Part shown: piece after piece, positions 27,377 to 57,566 of the stretch | How the letters are laid out: every line of letters begins with the position of its first letter | Numbering within the stretch: position 1 is the stretch's first letter | Source: Amoebidium appalachense | Taxonomy: Eukaryota > Protista > Ichthyosporea | Reading direction: 5' to 3' | DNA: 64,000 nucleotides | Assembly (NCBI GenBank): GCA_963693365.1 | Contig: CAVNZM010000002.1 | Coordinates: 4,356,259 to 4,420,258, forward strand | The notes under the pieces: model-generated | Database searches by the model: none | Told to the model about the DNA's origin: nothing | Seen by the model: the letters and a program-made list of their open reading frames with translations, nothing else | Translations under genes and position numbers: made by a program

Positions 27377-27836
27377 ACCACCGGCCCCTTACACATATCT
27401 TGCTCTCGGATGATCTCCTCGCTGTCTCGGTAATCTCAAGCACAGCCATGTGCACGTGCATGCACTGCACGTGCATTTGTGGGTGTTCACAAGCACAGCC
27501 ATGTGCACGTGCATGCACTGCACGTGCATTTGTGGGTGTTCACAAGCACAGCCATGTGCACGTGCATGCACTGCACGTACATTTGTGGGTGTTCACAAGC
27601 ACAGCCATGTGCACGTGCATGCACTGCACGTGCAATTGTGGGTGTTCACAAGCACAAGCATGTACACGTGCCCCTGTCTGTGACCTTGTAGCACCCACAT
27701 GCCCTTTTTTTTGTGGCCCTGCGTGCCTGCCCATGTACTGACCTGAATGAGCAGTGAGCTGACGGTGATCAGCGAAGCTGTCATTCCCCCCCTCCAGGTA
27801 ACAACCCCCCTCCCCCCCCCCCCCACCACCACCACC

Positions 27837-27886
<50 letters not shown>

Positions 27887-27996
27887 CAAACACACACCTC
27901 GAATCCTGAGTGTCATAAAGCAGAGTTAGCGAGAGCGCATACGTGTTTGGGTCCGTGCAAGGCTGGCAGGGACTGTAGATCGTGAGGAGTGTGTTT

Positions 27997-28027
<31 letters not shown>

Positions 28028-28523
28028 GGGAGGGGGGGGGGGGATGGATGGGTGGTGGAAGATGTTGGAACGTGTTATTGGTGGGAAGAAGGAGGAGGAA
28101 GGGATGAATGTGTTTGTGTGTGTGGGGGGGGGGGAGAAAGGGGGAGGGGGAGGGGGAGGGGGTAATTGAGCCAACAGGGAGGATGGGTACAAAGCAAAGC
28201 ACATGGTACATACAGTAACCTCACCTTTGTGTTGTGACAGGCACGGGAGAGGGAGATCGAGAAACAGAAGTTGTTGGATGCCATCCCAAGAAAGCGCTCT
28301 CACCGCATACAACGCAAGGTGGGTGGGGGTGTGGTTTGGGCAGAAACATGTGGATTGGCTTTGTGCAAGTTCTGTGGGCGATGAAAATACAGAGTGCTAG
28401 GTATTATGTGGGTGCAGGCGTGGTGAGGTGTGGTGGGGCGGCACTCGAGGAGCTATGTGTGCGCTGATGGCAGGGCATAGGCAATGCAGTAGCGTGAGAG
28501 AGAGAGAGTGTGTGTGTGTGTGC

Positions 28524-28575
<52 letters not shown>

Positions 28576-28769
28576 ATGTATGCATGCACTGACACGGAGG
28601 TACAGGAGATCCAATCGCAGGAAGATGAGAGGCTGCAGTTTTTGCGCAAGGAGGAGGAGCGCCTACGTAAGGTGCAGGAGGTACGTGTGGGTGGGGATGG
28701 GGGAGTGTGAGTCTTGAATGGGCAAGGGGGAATGGGGAGGAAGAGATTTGTGGGTGGTGGTGGTGGCGG

Positions 28770-28807
<38 letters not shown>

Positions 28808-29154
28808 GGTGTAGGGTGCATGTGTGTGAGGGGGGGAAGGTGCAAGTTCGCCTTTTGGGGAGGGGAGGGGGGGGGGGGAAAGGGGGGGGGACGGATTGAG
28901 GGCCAGGGAGGTGAGTGCTTGTGTGTGTTGAGGAGTGAAGAGGAGGGGTTGTGCATGGCTGTGTATGTGAGTGTGTGGGTGGAAGGAAGGGTAATGGGGT
29001 GGGGGATTAACGTGCTCTAGTCTGTGGGTCTTGGTTTTCGGGTTTTTGTTTTTTCATTCAGATATTTCTACTTTTTTGGAGGGGCCCCCACGGCGGGGGA
29101 GGGGGCGGGGGAGTGGGCTTAAGAGTTTCTTTTTTTTTTGGGTGGGTGGGTGGG

Positions 29155-29185
<31 letters not shown>

Positions 29186-29561
29186 TCCGGGGAGAAGGGG
29201 GGGGGGAGGGTGTGTGTGTGTGGGGGGGGGGGGGGGGGGGGGCACATCTCACAAATGACTGTGTGCATGTTGATAAGGAGGGAGAAAGGCGGAGCAGAGG
29301 CTTCGGGCATATGACTAGGTGTATGGGTGTATTGTTTGGGGGGGAGGGGGTCTGGCACATTGGTGGATGCTGACAGGCAGGGCATGGTACTTGGCTGGGG
29401 GTTGCAGGAAAAGGCAAGGAAAGAGAAGGAAGAGAAAGAGGCGGCAGAACGGGCAGCAAGAGAGAGAGCGGCAGAGCTTGCTGCACAGAGGGAGAGGGCA
29501 CAGAGGCTGAAGGAGGAGCAGGAGAGGGTGGGTGGTTGTGTGTGTGTGTGTGTGTTTTTGT

Positions 29562-29594
<33 letters not shown>

Positions 29595-30264
29595 TATTCC
29601 ACACTGTCCATATGACACTGCCAGTTCTGGTGTCGGTTCGTTATTTTTTCAGTATGTTATTTTTTTCCTTTTTGGTCTTTTTCCTCTTTAGTTCTGGTGT
29701 CGGTTTAAAAGGGGGTATGGTGTCGGCTTGCTATTTTTCAGTATGTTTATTTTTTTCCTTCTTGGTCTTCTTCCTCTATATTTCTGAAATTTTCTCTCTC
29801 TCTCTCCCTCTCTCTTGCTCTCGCTCTCGCTCTCCCGCGCCCCCCCCCCCCCCCCCCCTCCCTCCTCTTACTCTCTCTCTCTCTCTCTTTCTTCCTCCTA
29901 TTTTCTTTCTCTTCCTCTCCCCCTCTCTGCTCTCTCTCTCTCTCTCCTCCCGATGGTTAGATAAGACGGGGGGGGGGGGGGGGGGGGGGGGAGGGGAGGG
30001 GGGGGGAAGGGTACACCCCTTTCACGGTCCATCACCATGCCGTTCCTGGCCATCCTTTTTTCGCCCCCTTACTCAACCCATTTGGCCGACATGCTTTTTG
30101 TGCGCAGGAGCGGCAGCGACGGCAGCTTGAACGAGAGCAGCGATTGGCTGAGAGGGAGCTGCAGCTGCGGCTGGAGAGGGAGGCTGAGGAGAGGCGCAGG
30201 CTGGAGAGGGAGGAGCGCCTGAGACACAGGAAGGACCCGGCCAGGAGCAGGAACACGTGTACGT

Positions 30265-30314
<50 letters not shown>

Positions 30315-30449
30315 GGGATGGGATGGGAGGATGGTGCTACCGAGGAGGTAGGGGGGAGGGGGGGAGAATTGGTTGGTAGTGCATGGTCGACAAGCTCGAC
30401 CGGGTGCAGGGAGAAGATGTTTGTTTTTCTTTTTCTTTTTCTTTTTTCC

Positions 30450-30480
<31 letters not shown>

Positions 30481-30495
30481 GTCTTCTAAGGAAAA

Positions 30496-30529
<34 letters not shown>

Positions 30530-30595
30530 CCAGTGTTGATGTGCAAAAGCCCCCTGCTACAGGGTATATGGTTGGATGAAGGTTTTTTTTTTTTT

Positions 30596-30626
<31 letters not shown>

Positions 30627-31402
30627 TGGAAGTGGTGTGTGTGTGTGTGTGTGTTTTGTTGGGAGTGGAACCGGGGGTTGGTTGGTTGGTGCTGATGGGT
30701 TTGTGGTGCAGCTGATATCGACACAGCCGAAGAGGCCAAACCTGCTCCAATCCCAGAGCCAGAGGCACCCCCAAAGAAGAGGAGGAGAAAAGGCAAGTGG
30801 TGATTGTGGTGGTGCAAACAGTGTTATTGGTGCAAGCAGTAGGGATGCGCAGTAGGGATTGTGCAAGCAGTGGTGAGGGTGCATGGGGTGGTGATGATGC
30901 AAGCAGTGGTGAGGGTGCATGGGGTGGTGATGGTGCAAGCAGTGGTGAGGGTGCATGGGGTGGTGATGGTGCAAGCAGTGGTGAGGGTGTATGGGGTGGT
31001 GATGGTGCAAGCAGTGGCGAGGGTGTATGGGGTGGTGATGGTGCAAGCAGTGGTGAGGGTGTATGGGGTGGTGATGGTGCAAGCAGTGGTGAGGGTGTAT
31101 GGGGTGGTGATGGTGCAAGCAGTGGTGAGGGTGTATGGGGTGGTGATGGTGCAAGCAGTGGTGAGGGTGTGTGGGGTTGTGATGGTGCAAGCAGTGGTGT
31201 TGGAGGTATTCCAAGTTGATACGTGCAGACACGTGAGCTTGTGGGATGAATGTTTGATTTCTTGGTGTAGAATGGGCCAAGCAGTACTGCCTGCACTCAC
31301 TATGCTTTGCTGTGTGGCTTGTTGGTCGTAAGGTGGACTGCCAGCTGTGCGGCCATGTGCTTGTGACTGGGGTGAAAGAGAGTTGGTGATGGTGGTGGTG
31401 GT

Positions 31403-31437
<35 letters not shown>

Positions 31438-31671
31438 TGGGATGCATGTGAAGGTGCTTTAAATTTGAAGGACTGCCTGGTGCTGGGATTTTTTTACATT
31501 TTTTTTCAGGTTGTCTGGAAACTAACTGGGGCCGTGCAGCCAAGGAGAAGAAGGGGAAGGAGCCAGCGAGTGGGTCGGACACAGAGGATCAGGCAGCCGA
31601 AACCAACACAAAGGAACGGCCAAAGAGGCCAAAGGTGTGTGTGTGTGTGTGTGTGCGCGCACGCGCGCATC

Positions 31672-31702
<31 letters not shown>

Positions 31703-33998
31703 GCGCGCGTGCGCGCCGTTCTCGCAGTGGTGGATGTTGCGTATCGGCAGAGGGGGAGGAGGGGGGGGGGGGGGGGGAGGGGAGGCACAGTCCAATATCG
31801 GCAGAGATGGGGGTGCACAGTCAGTCAGAATGTTGCCGTTGCACATGCTGTCAATGCACATGGTTGGTGGGTTTGCGATTCCGTCCTTATACGCTGTGAT
31901 GCAAGTTGTCCTGGAGCATCATGCAATGATGGTGGTAGGTGGTATGGGTGCGTGTAAGGCAGTCTACACGTAGGTGTGGATTGTTTTGCTTGTCTTCCTA
32001 ACATGAATGGCATCTTGCCTGTGTTTTTCATCATTTTATCCTGCACCTTTTTCTTAACGTGATATCCTGTTTATACTTCTTTGTATTATATCACTTATGT
32101 GTTTCTGACCTTAAACCATGTACGTACCTCCTAAAGTTCAATCCCGCTGGATCCTGTGTGTTAAGCAAGATCATATGTGTACATGCTAACATATCGTTGT
32201 TGCAGCGGCCACGCAAGAGGCCACGGTTCCTCGTAGACGAGCCAGGCAAGCCACGGCGCTACTATGTGTTCTCGACGGCCGTGGCCAATGCTGCTGCACT
32301 GGCTGTCAGGGAGGGCCGGTGTGCAAACATCGTGGACTACCATCTGGAACTGCAGGTGTGTGCACGTACAGATGGTTCCAATCAGATTTATCTCCTTCGC
32401 TACGTTGTTTGCTTGACAGGCAGCTAACCATGAAAGTTTGGTTTTGTTTTCTCTGATGAAAGGTGGTTTTGATGTCTTGTCTGGCGGCACGACTTTAACT
32501 TGTACAGCCAGTCATTGTCTGCGGCACTAGTTTGCAGAGCTTTGATGTCTACAACATGCTTTTGGGGGAGGGGGGGGGAGGGGGTGGGCCACATCGTGAC
32601 AAATCTAAATCTAGTTTGCGATTCACCAATTATTAATGCCACTATGCTAACCATCCGTTAGTTGCTGTTTTATGGGTGCTGACGTCATCTGTGTTGGGTT
32701 GACAGCAACGCGCACAGGCCGGGGTTACAGCCGGGCCAACAGCAGCAGACAGCCGCAAGGGTAAGCCGCAGGCACGGGGCACAATCACAGGGCAGAAACT
32801 CCCCCGCAAGCTCAAGAAGCAGGAGGTCTGGGCACCCCCATCAGGCCAAAAGCCCAACGAGACAGAGCCAGTTCCAGACAAGAAGGATGCAACGGAAGCA
32901 CATCAGCAGGTGAAGGAAAAGACGGTGAGGCAGGAGCCAGCCACACAGCCAAAGCCCCGCAGGCCACGCCCTGCTGAGGGTGCCAAGCAGACAGCTAAGG
33001 CCGCACAGAAAGTAGCCGCTGACGCCGCTGCGGCCGCAACCAAAGGGGCAACACAGGCAGACACCACGGTACAGCGCAAACCAAGCAAGAGCGCACCACA
33101 ACCAGCACAACACCCTGCCCAGCAACAGGCACCCGCCCCAGCCCCCATTCCTACCGCTACCCCTGCACCTGCAGCGTCACCAATAGCAGCACCAATATCG
33201 GCACCAACCCCAGCAGCAGCAGCGGTAGGCGGTGGTGAGCAGAGACCAAGACAACCATCACTACCACATGGGGTTATGCAGCCGCAAGATTCACCCATGG
33301 GCCCACCGCAGACACAGAACCACTACCGGGAACTGGGTGCACACATGTCCCCCCCCATGCAGGGCACAGGCCTAACCCAGCACATGCCCCACAAGCTACC
33401 CCAAGGATATGCCCAGCCCGGGCCATGGGACCTTGGGCCCATGCTACCTGGTGTTCCCACCAGCCGGGCAGGGAGCATGGATGCACCCTATGGCCACATG
33501 GGGCACGATCTGGGCCGCCCTTCTCTTCCTTTTGGTCTGGTGGATAGCCCGCAACCCTACTACCCACTAGGAACACCCACTCATCGTCTTAGTAGTGGGG
33601 CCCAGCAAGGGTACGGGCTGGGTATGGGCTACAGTGCCCAGCCATACATGCACCAGCAGCACTATGGGGGCTGGCCGGGTGCTGGTGTGGGGGGGAGCAC
33701 CCACCCACTAGCTGCGTCGCCACCGCCGCCGGCTGCAAATTGGGCAAGAATGGACCCTGGGCACGGCTACATGGGCCACAACCACATGCCTACTGCTCAC
33801 CCGCTGGCATATGGCAACCCGAGGGACCCGGCTGGATGGGGCCAACAGGTGCCTGCAACCATGCGAGAGCAGGGGAGGGGGCAGGGGGCAGGGGCAGGCA
33901 ACTGGGGTATGGGTATGGGGGATGCAGGCCTGGGGGGTATGGACACGAAGGATATGCAGTTGGTGGCTCAGCTGTCAAAGATGAGACGCATGCCCTGA
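22359..33998 (+). CDS. DDT-WHIM1-WSD chromatin protein (CECR2/RSF1-like ISWI partner) with a coiled coil, a BCL9-HD1-like motif and a P/G/M/Q-rich tail; about 19-20 exons, last exon 32706-33998
   Basis: Spliced blocks [96 protein letters not shown] and PRKRSHRI parallel the CECR2/RSF1 N-terminus as recalled. No bromodomain or PHD exon was found. The exon structure at 26063-27753 is uncertain. Confidence 0.85.
26790..27113 (+). repeat. Dispersed intronic repeat family, copy 1 (~320 bp)
   Basis: Collinear with the reverse complement of 62822-63157 (CATAAGCAAYCCTGCT, AAGACG, GGGGTCGAAA, ATGACTT, TGGGCTYTGCTT, CTGATGYTGCATA, GCATGTGYCCTGCACCATGYTTCTCATCGTGT) and with 59420-59575. Confidence 0.8.
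27437..27672. repeat. 53-bp minisatellite, about 4.4 copies
   Basis: Unit CAAGCACAGCCATGTGCACGTGCATGCACTGCACGTGCATTTGTGGGTGTTCA starts at 27437, 27490, 27543, 27596 and 27649. Confidence 0.95.
30861..31199. repeat. 36-bp intronic minisatellite, about 9.5 copies
   Basis: Unit GTGCAAGCAGTGGTGAGGGTGYATGGGGTGGTGATG. It lies in an intron of the DDT gene and generates spurious repeat ORFs. Confidence 0.95.
32260..32346 (+). other. BCL9/Legless HD1-like (Pygopus PHD-binding) motif within exon 32206-32355
   Basis: [29 protein letters not shown] versus human BCL9 HD1 as recalled, VYVFSTEMANKAAEAVLKGQVETIVSFHI: 15/29 identical with no gaps. The exon is a clean phase 0-0 AG/GT exon, in frame with its neighbours. 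Confidence 0.78.
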
Positions 33999-35388
33999 TA
34001 ACGGCGCGCGCACACACACACACACATACACATACACACACACAGGGATACATGTGCACAAACGCCGTAGCACACTTGGACAAACACAACACACAAGGAA
34101 GCGTAGCTGCACACGTACACAGCAGTCTACCTCAACAAACACAGCAACCCACGCACAAACGCAATTGCATAGTACATGATACGGGTACACGTGTTATACG
34201 CAAAGAGAGGAATCCACTAATTGAATTACAAAGACATGTAGTGACTCAAACAACCATACCTGCGCATACATTGTAACAGGCAGGGGTAAAGGTGGCTGGA
34301 GAGATAGTCTAAGAGACCGTACCTGTCTAGGTAGAAGCTATTCCACTAAGCTTGAGAACATAATAGAAGGTATGCCACTAGCCCTAATATTATCCCACTG
34401 TCCATGATCTAGAGGGCATGAGACAGCCTCACCACTGGTTGGTGCAAATTCGTATGTGGCCTACAACGCAATCGGACTGTCCATATAAGGAAATTCAAAG
34501 ATTTCGTTTTTGTAAAAGGAGCCCCTACGTATCACGTAATTGATGCTGTGTACTGTACTCAGCCTGCAAGCTACAGTAGTTCAAGCTGTTGTTGGTCAAT
34601 ACTCGTCGACATTAGTTAAAAATTAGATTTTTCTGTGACATTGTGTGATAGAGCCAGTTGTTCGTAAATATACCCACTCGATTCACTGAATGCGTTTGAA
34701 ACGTGAATAAATAAATGCCTGTGCCTAATATTGGCAAGCATATGCATGCCCTCACGTGCTCTGTTGTAGTCGCTTGTGCATGTTTTTAGACCATGTGTAA
34801 AGGACTCCCTCTGGTCCCCGTACACGTACGCATACTCGAGCATATATATAGGGGTATCGACCCTCAGGCTGGAACCTCGATCAGATCCACTGCTTTTTGG
34901 GCCCCCCTGGGTTTACCGATGGTGGTCAATTGCAAATTGCAATCGTGATCAGAGTAAGTTGTTTTTTGTACAAGATTTGGCCATGGGTGGGTGGTTGGTT
35001 TTGGGGTGGGATGGCCATGGGGTGGGGTAGTGGGCGGGTGGGGGGGGGGGGGGGGGGGGGGGGGGGACAGGGAGATCTTTCTGCCATCACACCGTGCGCG
35101 CAATTTAGCCCCATGTCCAAATAAGTGCCGCTCCACTATAAATGCTGTACATGTTTGCTGCCAAGTCGGGGTTGGGACCACCGGCGGCATAGGGCCAAAT
35201 AGTGAAAACACCGGGACGTCCTGCGGTGCACGTAGATTTGAGCCTTTTAATTGGGGCCGCAGATACCTCTAAAACATCCCTATTTTTGAATTTATCACTA
35301 GTTCGCCAGATGGGTGGTGGTAAGTGGGTGGGTGACATGTACAATGGGTGGCCCAGGGTGGGATGGAGGAGACGACGGGTGTGTATGT

Positions 35389-35447
<59 letters not shown>

Positions 35448-36103
35448 CAAAGGGGCGATTATGCTAAGCCTTCGAAAGATGGCAGCACACATGTACACAT
35501 GCATACAAATCAATCGTTCAAGCCGGCTTCGACTAATTCATGATTCACATTGTCAGCCGGTTGATTGTTGAATCAGTGTGTGAAGCGATTGCTGCTTCGT
35601 GTTATATAGAGGCAACATCACTGGTCTTTATTATAAAATCATTGAATGGCACACTACTAGCACAGTGTCTATAATAATAATGGCATACTAAGTATACCGA
35701 AGTTAGTGCTATGGTGTATGGGCCAACATTAGAACCAGGTACTGATCCGCTATTGGTCTATAATTATGCCATTGGCATCATGCTATATGCACACGGGTTA
35801 CAGAACTCAAGAAGAGGCAGCACCAACCATTTCGATTGGCAGCTGCCTTTAATAAACACTATTTTCTAGATATCAACATCTACTCTTAGACTACACTTCA
35901 CTGCCTAAACTATGTGTTTGGTTAGATATCCTGCTCACTTCCCTGGCGTACCCAATGATTATAAAGTAGCCTATATGGTATATCAACAAACAACACACAT
36001 CATTATATCCTTTCATATAGCTAACCGTTAATCATAATAACTCTTAACCGTTAGTAAAATGCATTACCCCTCATATATTTTATTTTTGTCACTAAGCTTT
36101 CAC

Positions 36104-52836
<16,733 letters not shown>

Positions 52837-55136
52837 GGTGCAAATGTTTGGTTTCACTGTGGTGTTGTGGCCACACAGTCGCTATGAGAGGCCTCTTCAC
52901 GTGCTGCACTAACTTATTAGTCTTCAAAGTGCCAACGAATTATCGGAATATATAGAATACGGTACTAAGCCGAGTTCAGAAGTACCGAGGGCAAAAAAAA
53001 AAAAAAGTCAAATACTAAGCACCACTACTACTGTCACGGCAGACATGCATTTGTGCTCGGCCGCAGAGTCTGCACGGAACATGTACAATTACCGACGGGG
53101 AACCAACGAACGCGTGCTGGGTAATTACTCCCTGCCACATGTATGTGCAAGCATAGGCGAGTGTGCTATGATGGTGAGCCGTGCAAGGGCCTGACCGTCA
53201 ACAACAGACGGAGGGTGCCCCGATTAAATTTGGCAGCTTTTACAAGCTTAGGGCCTCCGAGCATCGATCGACAGTTTTTCGACTATGTTAGGTAGAATAA
53301 ACAAAGGAATGCCAGTTATTAAATCGTGATTAGGCCATGTAGGCCATGGGCCACTGGCAAGAAAACAAATGAAAATAGAAGTTACATTCTGGCCCATTCA
53401 GAGGGGACAACATATTCAGGAGTTAAAGCTGATATGGCTCCCAAATTAAAACATGCTATAATAAAGGTTTTCTGCGGCTTATATATTAATCCGCTGTATA
53501 TATAATTGTAAATACATAGAAGATTACATTGAATAACAGGTCAAAATTTTAAACCCCCCCAATAATAATCAACTCGGGTGATTCACCAGCAACCAGGGCT
53601 CCATATTATGTGACAAAAGTCGTTTTCATCATCCTGCCCCGGAAGTTCAGTGTGACTCGCCGGCTACAGCTGCAGTAAAAACACAAGCGAATAAAATTTT
53701 CGAAGGCGTCTAAATCAAAAGGCATACACAAATTCACAAGCAAATATACATGTAACATGTACAAGCACGCACACACGCGCAAACCTGCGCACACATCCAC
53801 ATGCATATGCATGTTCGCACACGCTCGTATAGCGTACACCTTTAAACGTACACACACGTGCACGCCTAACTGCTTAAGCAAGTGCTACCCGTGAAACACG
53901 TACGCGTGGTTACACGTGCACGGTACATAAACGGCACCGGGACCGGTCCACCCGATATACGCACACACACATGCAGATATATCGTATACAGGCCTGCGAT
54001 AATAATTGATCAGCACATGTGTACACATCACACACATGATAACAATTGTGTACATACCACATGACACACACCGTGACACCGTATCTCTGACGTGTGAGTC
54101 AGTGACCCAAAACTTCCCTATTAATTAGTTCGGCAAGCAAACAGAGGCAAACGCGTTCGTACTACGTTCTGAGAGGTACTGGGACAGTCGATATATCTAA
54201 TTCGAACCCTTCTTGAATCGAGAAATTCGACAGGCCTGCAGAGGCTTCCTATTGGCTGCCCTATCGAAAATAAATTCCCAGTATGCATTCTCTAGATCTA
54301 GACCTAATCATCGGAACCACTCTCTCTTCTTGTATACGTGTACACGTTGGCTTCGTTGCACACACCCAGAAAAACACAGATATTTGAAATATGATGCTTT
54401 TCTACGTGAATATCTATTCACATTGCCCATGTTAGTGCATTCGAATAATAGCGTGGTGGCTGTTCACATTCCTCGTGATATTCCGATGAACTATGCGAAT
54501 CTGTAGTCCCGCGCATGCGGAATCCTTACGATCGCAATCAGGACGCCTGACTCACCTACAAGTGTTAGCACTCAACCACTGCACACTAGCAATTGCCACG
54601 ACTTGCACGCATATATCTCTGTTAGTAAAATAAATAGCAACATGTAGAACAATCTCAGCCATATGTAACACTTTGTCTAGGCCCACCAGGCATTTCAACG
54701 TTTGGGAACATGGTTCCCTCTGAGAAGTTCGGCCGGGTATGAGCCACCTGTTACGTAATCAATTGTGTTCGGTGCAGGCAAAGCCAATGAAAACAGCCGA
54801 TCGCTGGCGGATCGGTGGTGTTGACAGCTGACGTCATTGCCCGCGGTTTCAAGTGCCAGCAGGCAGAAGTAGCAGCCACGTCTCGTACCACCGTACCTGG
54901 CCTACCTGGCCTGCGAAAGGCCTTTCGAATTCTGTGTGCGAGCCACCGAACATGGCCCCCAAGCTTTGCTAATCGCTCGAAACTGTGATCACACGACATC
55001 CTTGTGTGCATTGTCCGTTGGTTCTCTAAGAAGTTACCACGGCGCGACACCTACCAGTTTTGGCTTATACGTGGTCTTCTGATGTGAGCACGCATCGAAC
55101 ACGCACAAGCAGTCAATTGTGTAGAAGTAGGGCAGC

Positions 55137-55807
55137 ATGCAGGACTCTCTTCCCGAGTGTTGTGTGTGCCAGGCACCTCGCGACACCTGGGCCTGTGCCA
55201 GCTGCTTGCGCGCACAAGTGGGGGCTTTCAGGCTACAACTGAGGCAGGTCCTTGTGTCTGTACCTATGGGTGTATGTGTGTACGAACGCACAGGTTTGCC
55301 TGTGTCTACCAGATGGTTTCTTCCCATACACTGCTCTTTGCATCGCGTTGTGAACAAGATGGTCTACCTTAGTGTTGTGTCGAAACCCTTGCTCTCTGCT
55401 CCTGTGTGTCTGCTCATTGAGAGGATTGGGCCTTTGGGCTGGCTGTTCCTTGAATGCATTCTCCTGTGTGTCTGCTCATCGAGAGGAATGCGCCTTTGGG
55501 CTGGCTGTTCCTTGAATGCATTCTACAAGCACAAGCATCAGGGTTGAGGCTGGTCTTGTTGGTTTCGTATCTACGTGTACTTGATCGCCTGTTTTCTTGT
55601 CTATGTGTACAGGGCAGAGTTCTAACTGGGTAATACCTCATGACATGTTGTGTTGTGTCCGCTTGGTTTTTTCGAAGGCTGGAGTTCTGCTCTGTCAGCT
55701 GTTGTTTTTTGTGCTCATACCCCTTCTCCCTCACAGGAAAAAACGTGAGGCAGCAGACGAAGCAGCACGTGCTGTAACAGCAGTTCTGGACAGGCTGAGG
55801 CCCGTTC

Positions 55808-55883
<76 letters not shown>

Positions 55884-55972
55884 CGCGCGCGTGCGCGCGC
55901 TCACGCGCCTGCGCCTGCGTGTGTGCGTGTGTGCGTGTGTGCGTGTCTGTCCGTCTCTCTCTCTCTCTCTCT

Positions 55973-56041
<69 letters not shown>

Positions 56042-56222
56042 TCTGTGTGTGTGTGTGTGCATGTGTGCGTGTGTGTGTGCGTGTGTGCACGAGCACACGT
56101 ATTTGGACGTGCGTGCTCATTACGTGCTTGGGTGGTTGAGTGTGTGTTCCAGGTGTGCAGTTGCCAGCATTGACTCGTCGAGTCTGGGCCTGAGCACGAT
56201 AAGTTGTACACGTTTTTTATTA

Positions 56223-56259
<37 letters not shown>

Positions 56260-56459
56260 TGTTTTTTGGGGGGGCCGGGGGGCAGAGGGGGAGGGAGGGG
56301 GGGGGGAAGGGGAGGGGGGGGGAGGAGGCAGAGGTCGGGGGTCGGGGACGGGGAAACGACGTCTGGCTCACCAAATATTTCCTGTTTTGCCTTTTGGGAC
56401 TTGGCAATCTAAAAAAATAAGTAGTAAAATGGGATGATATCTTTAGTGCCAGATATCGA

Positions 56460-56491
<32 letters not shown>

Positions 56492-56582
56492 CCCCCGGGC
56501 CTCCCCCCTCCCCCCTCTTCTGATCTCTCTCTCTCTGCCCCCCCAACTCCCCCTTCCCCACTACCAATCCGCCCCAATCCAT

Positions 56583-56617
<35 letters not shown>

Positions 56618-57429
56618 TTCACGCTCTCCCCGTCTCCCCTCCGCTCCCCCTCTTTTCCTTCAGTATCACGTATTGTTACACTTCTCAATTTTCATTTTGG
56701 GTTGCATATCAAAGTCGACTTAATATGAGCAAAAGAAAAAAGAACAACATAATTCATGGTCTAATATACCGTGAAGTAGCCTCCCCCCCCCCCCCCCCCT
56801 CCCCCCCCATACACACACACACAACCAATTCTTACCGACTTCTTTAGGTCCGATATACTGTTCACCTTATGGGACCCTGGGACCTCATTAAACCGCCCTT
56901 CTACTTTTTCTCATTAAAGAAGGAGATGAGAACATTTTAGGCTACCCCCACTGCCTTCCACCCCATTCCCTCTCCCTACTTCTCTCCTGCATTCATCTCA
57001 ACACAGCAGCAAATGCAAACCCCCCTCCCCCTCACCCCCTCCCCAGTTGGTATGGTGTGTGCCTGGGCTTATGATGGGGTGCAGGAGTGCCGTGCCCGGT
57101 GCCTTGTGTTAAGGCGCAGACAGCAGGTGCTAAGGCAACAGGTAGAGGAGACGAGGAGAGAGCTGGAGCTGGAGACACAGAGGGTGTGTGTGTGGGGGTA
57201 CGGCGGGGGGGGGGGGGGGGGGGGGGGGAGGGGGGAAGGGGGGGGGGGGGGGGGGGAGAGGAGGATGTGTGAATCATAATGGGTGGAATGGGGTGTATTT
57301 ACATGGGTGTGTGTGTGGTTGGGGGGAGGGGGGGGGGGTGTATGAAATGATTGTGAGTGTGGATGTAATGGGTGTGTATTTACATGGGTGTGGGGAGAAG
57401 GCGGTTTAGTGAGGCGGGTGCAGGGAGAG

Positions 57430-57471
<42 letters not shown>

Positions 57472-57501
57472 ACCATTACACCCACAACTACACACACACA
57501 C

Positions 57502-57566
<65 letters not shown>

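Noticed and set aside
30861-31199. 36-bp array (and the 53-bp and 25-bp arrays) as CRISPR or coding repeats
   Set aside because: Units are head-to-tail with no unique spacers, lie inside spliceosomal introns, and have no cas genes nearby.
34848-35271. TAGGGGTATC...GATACCTCTA as hAT-like MITE ends
   Set aside because: The inverted match is only about 10 bp and imperfect, with no TSD.
53032-54078. TGTCACGG...CCGTGACA as a solo LTR
   Set aside because: The inverted match is only 8 bp and there is no target-site duplication (ACTAC versus CCGTA).
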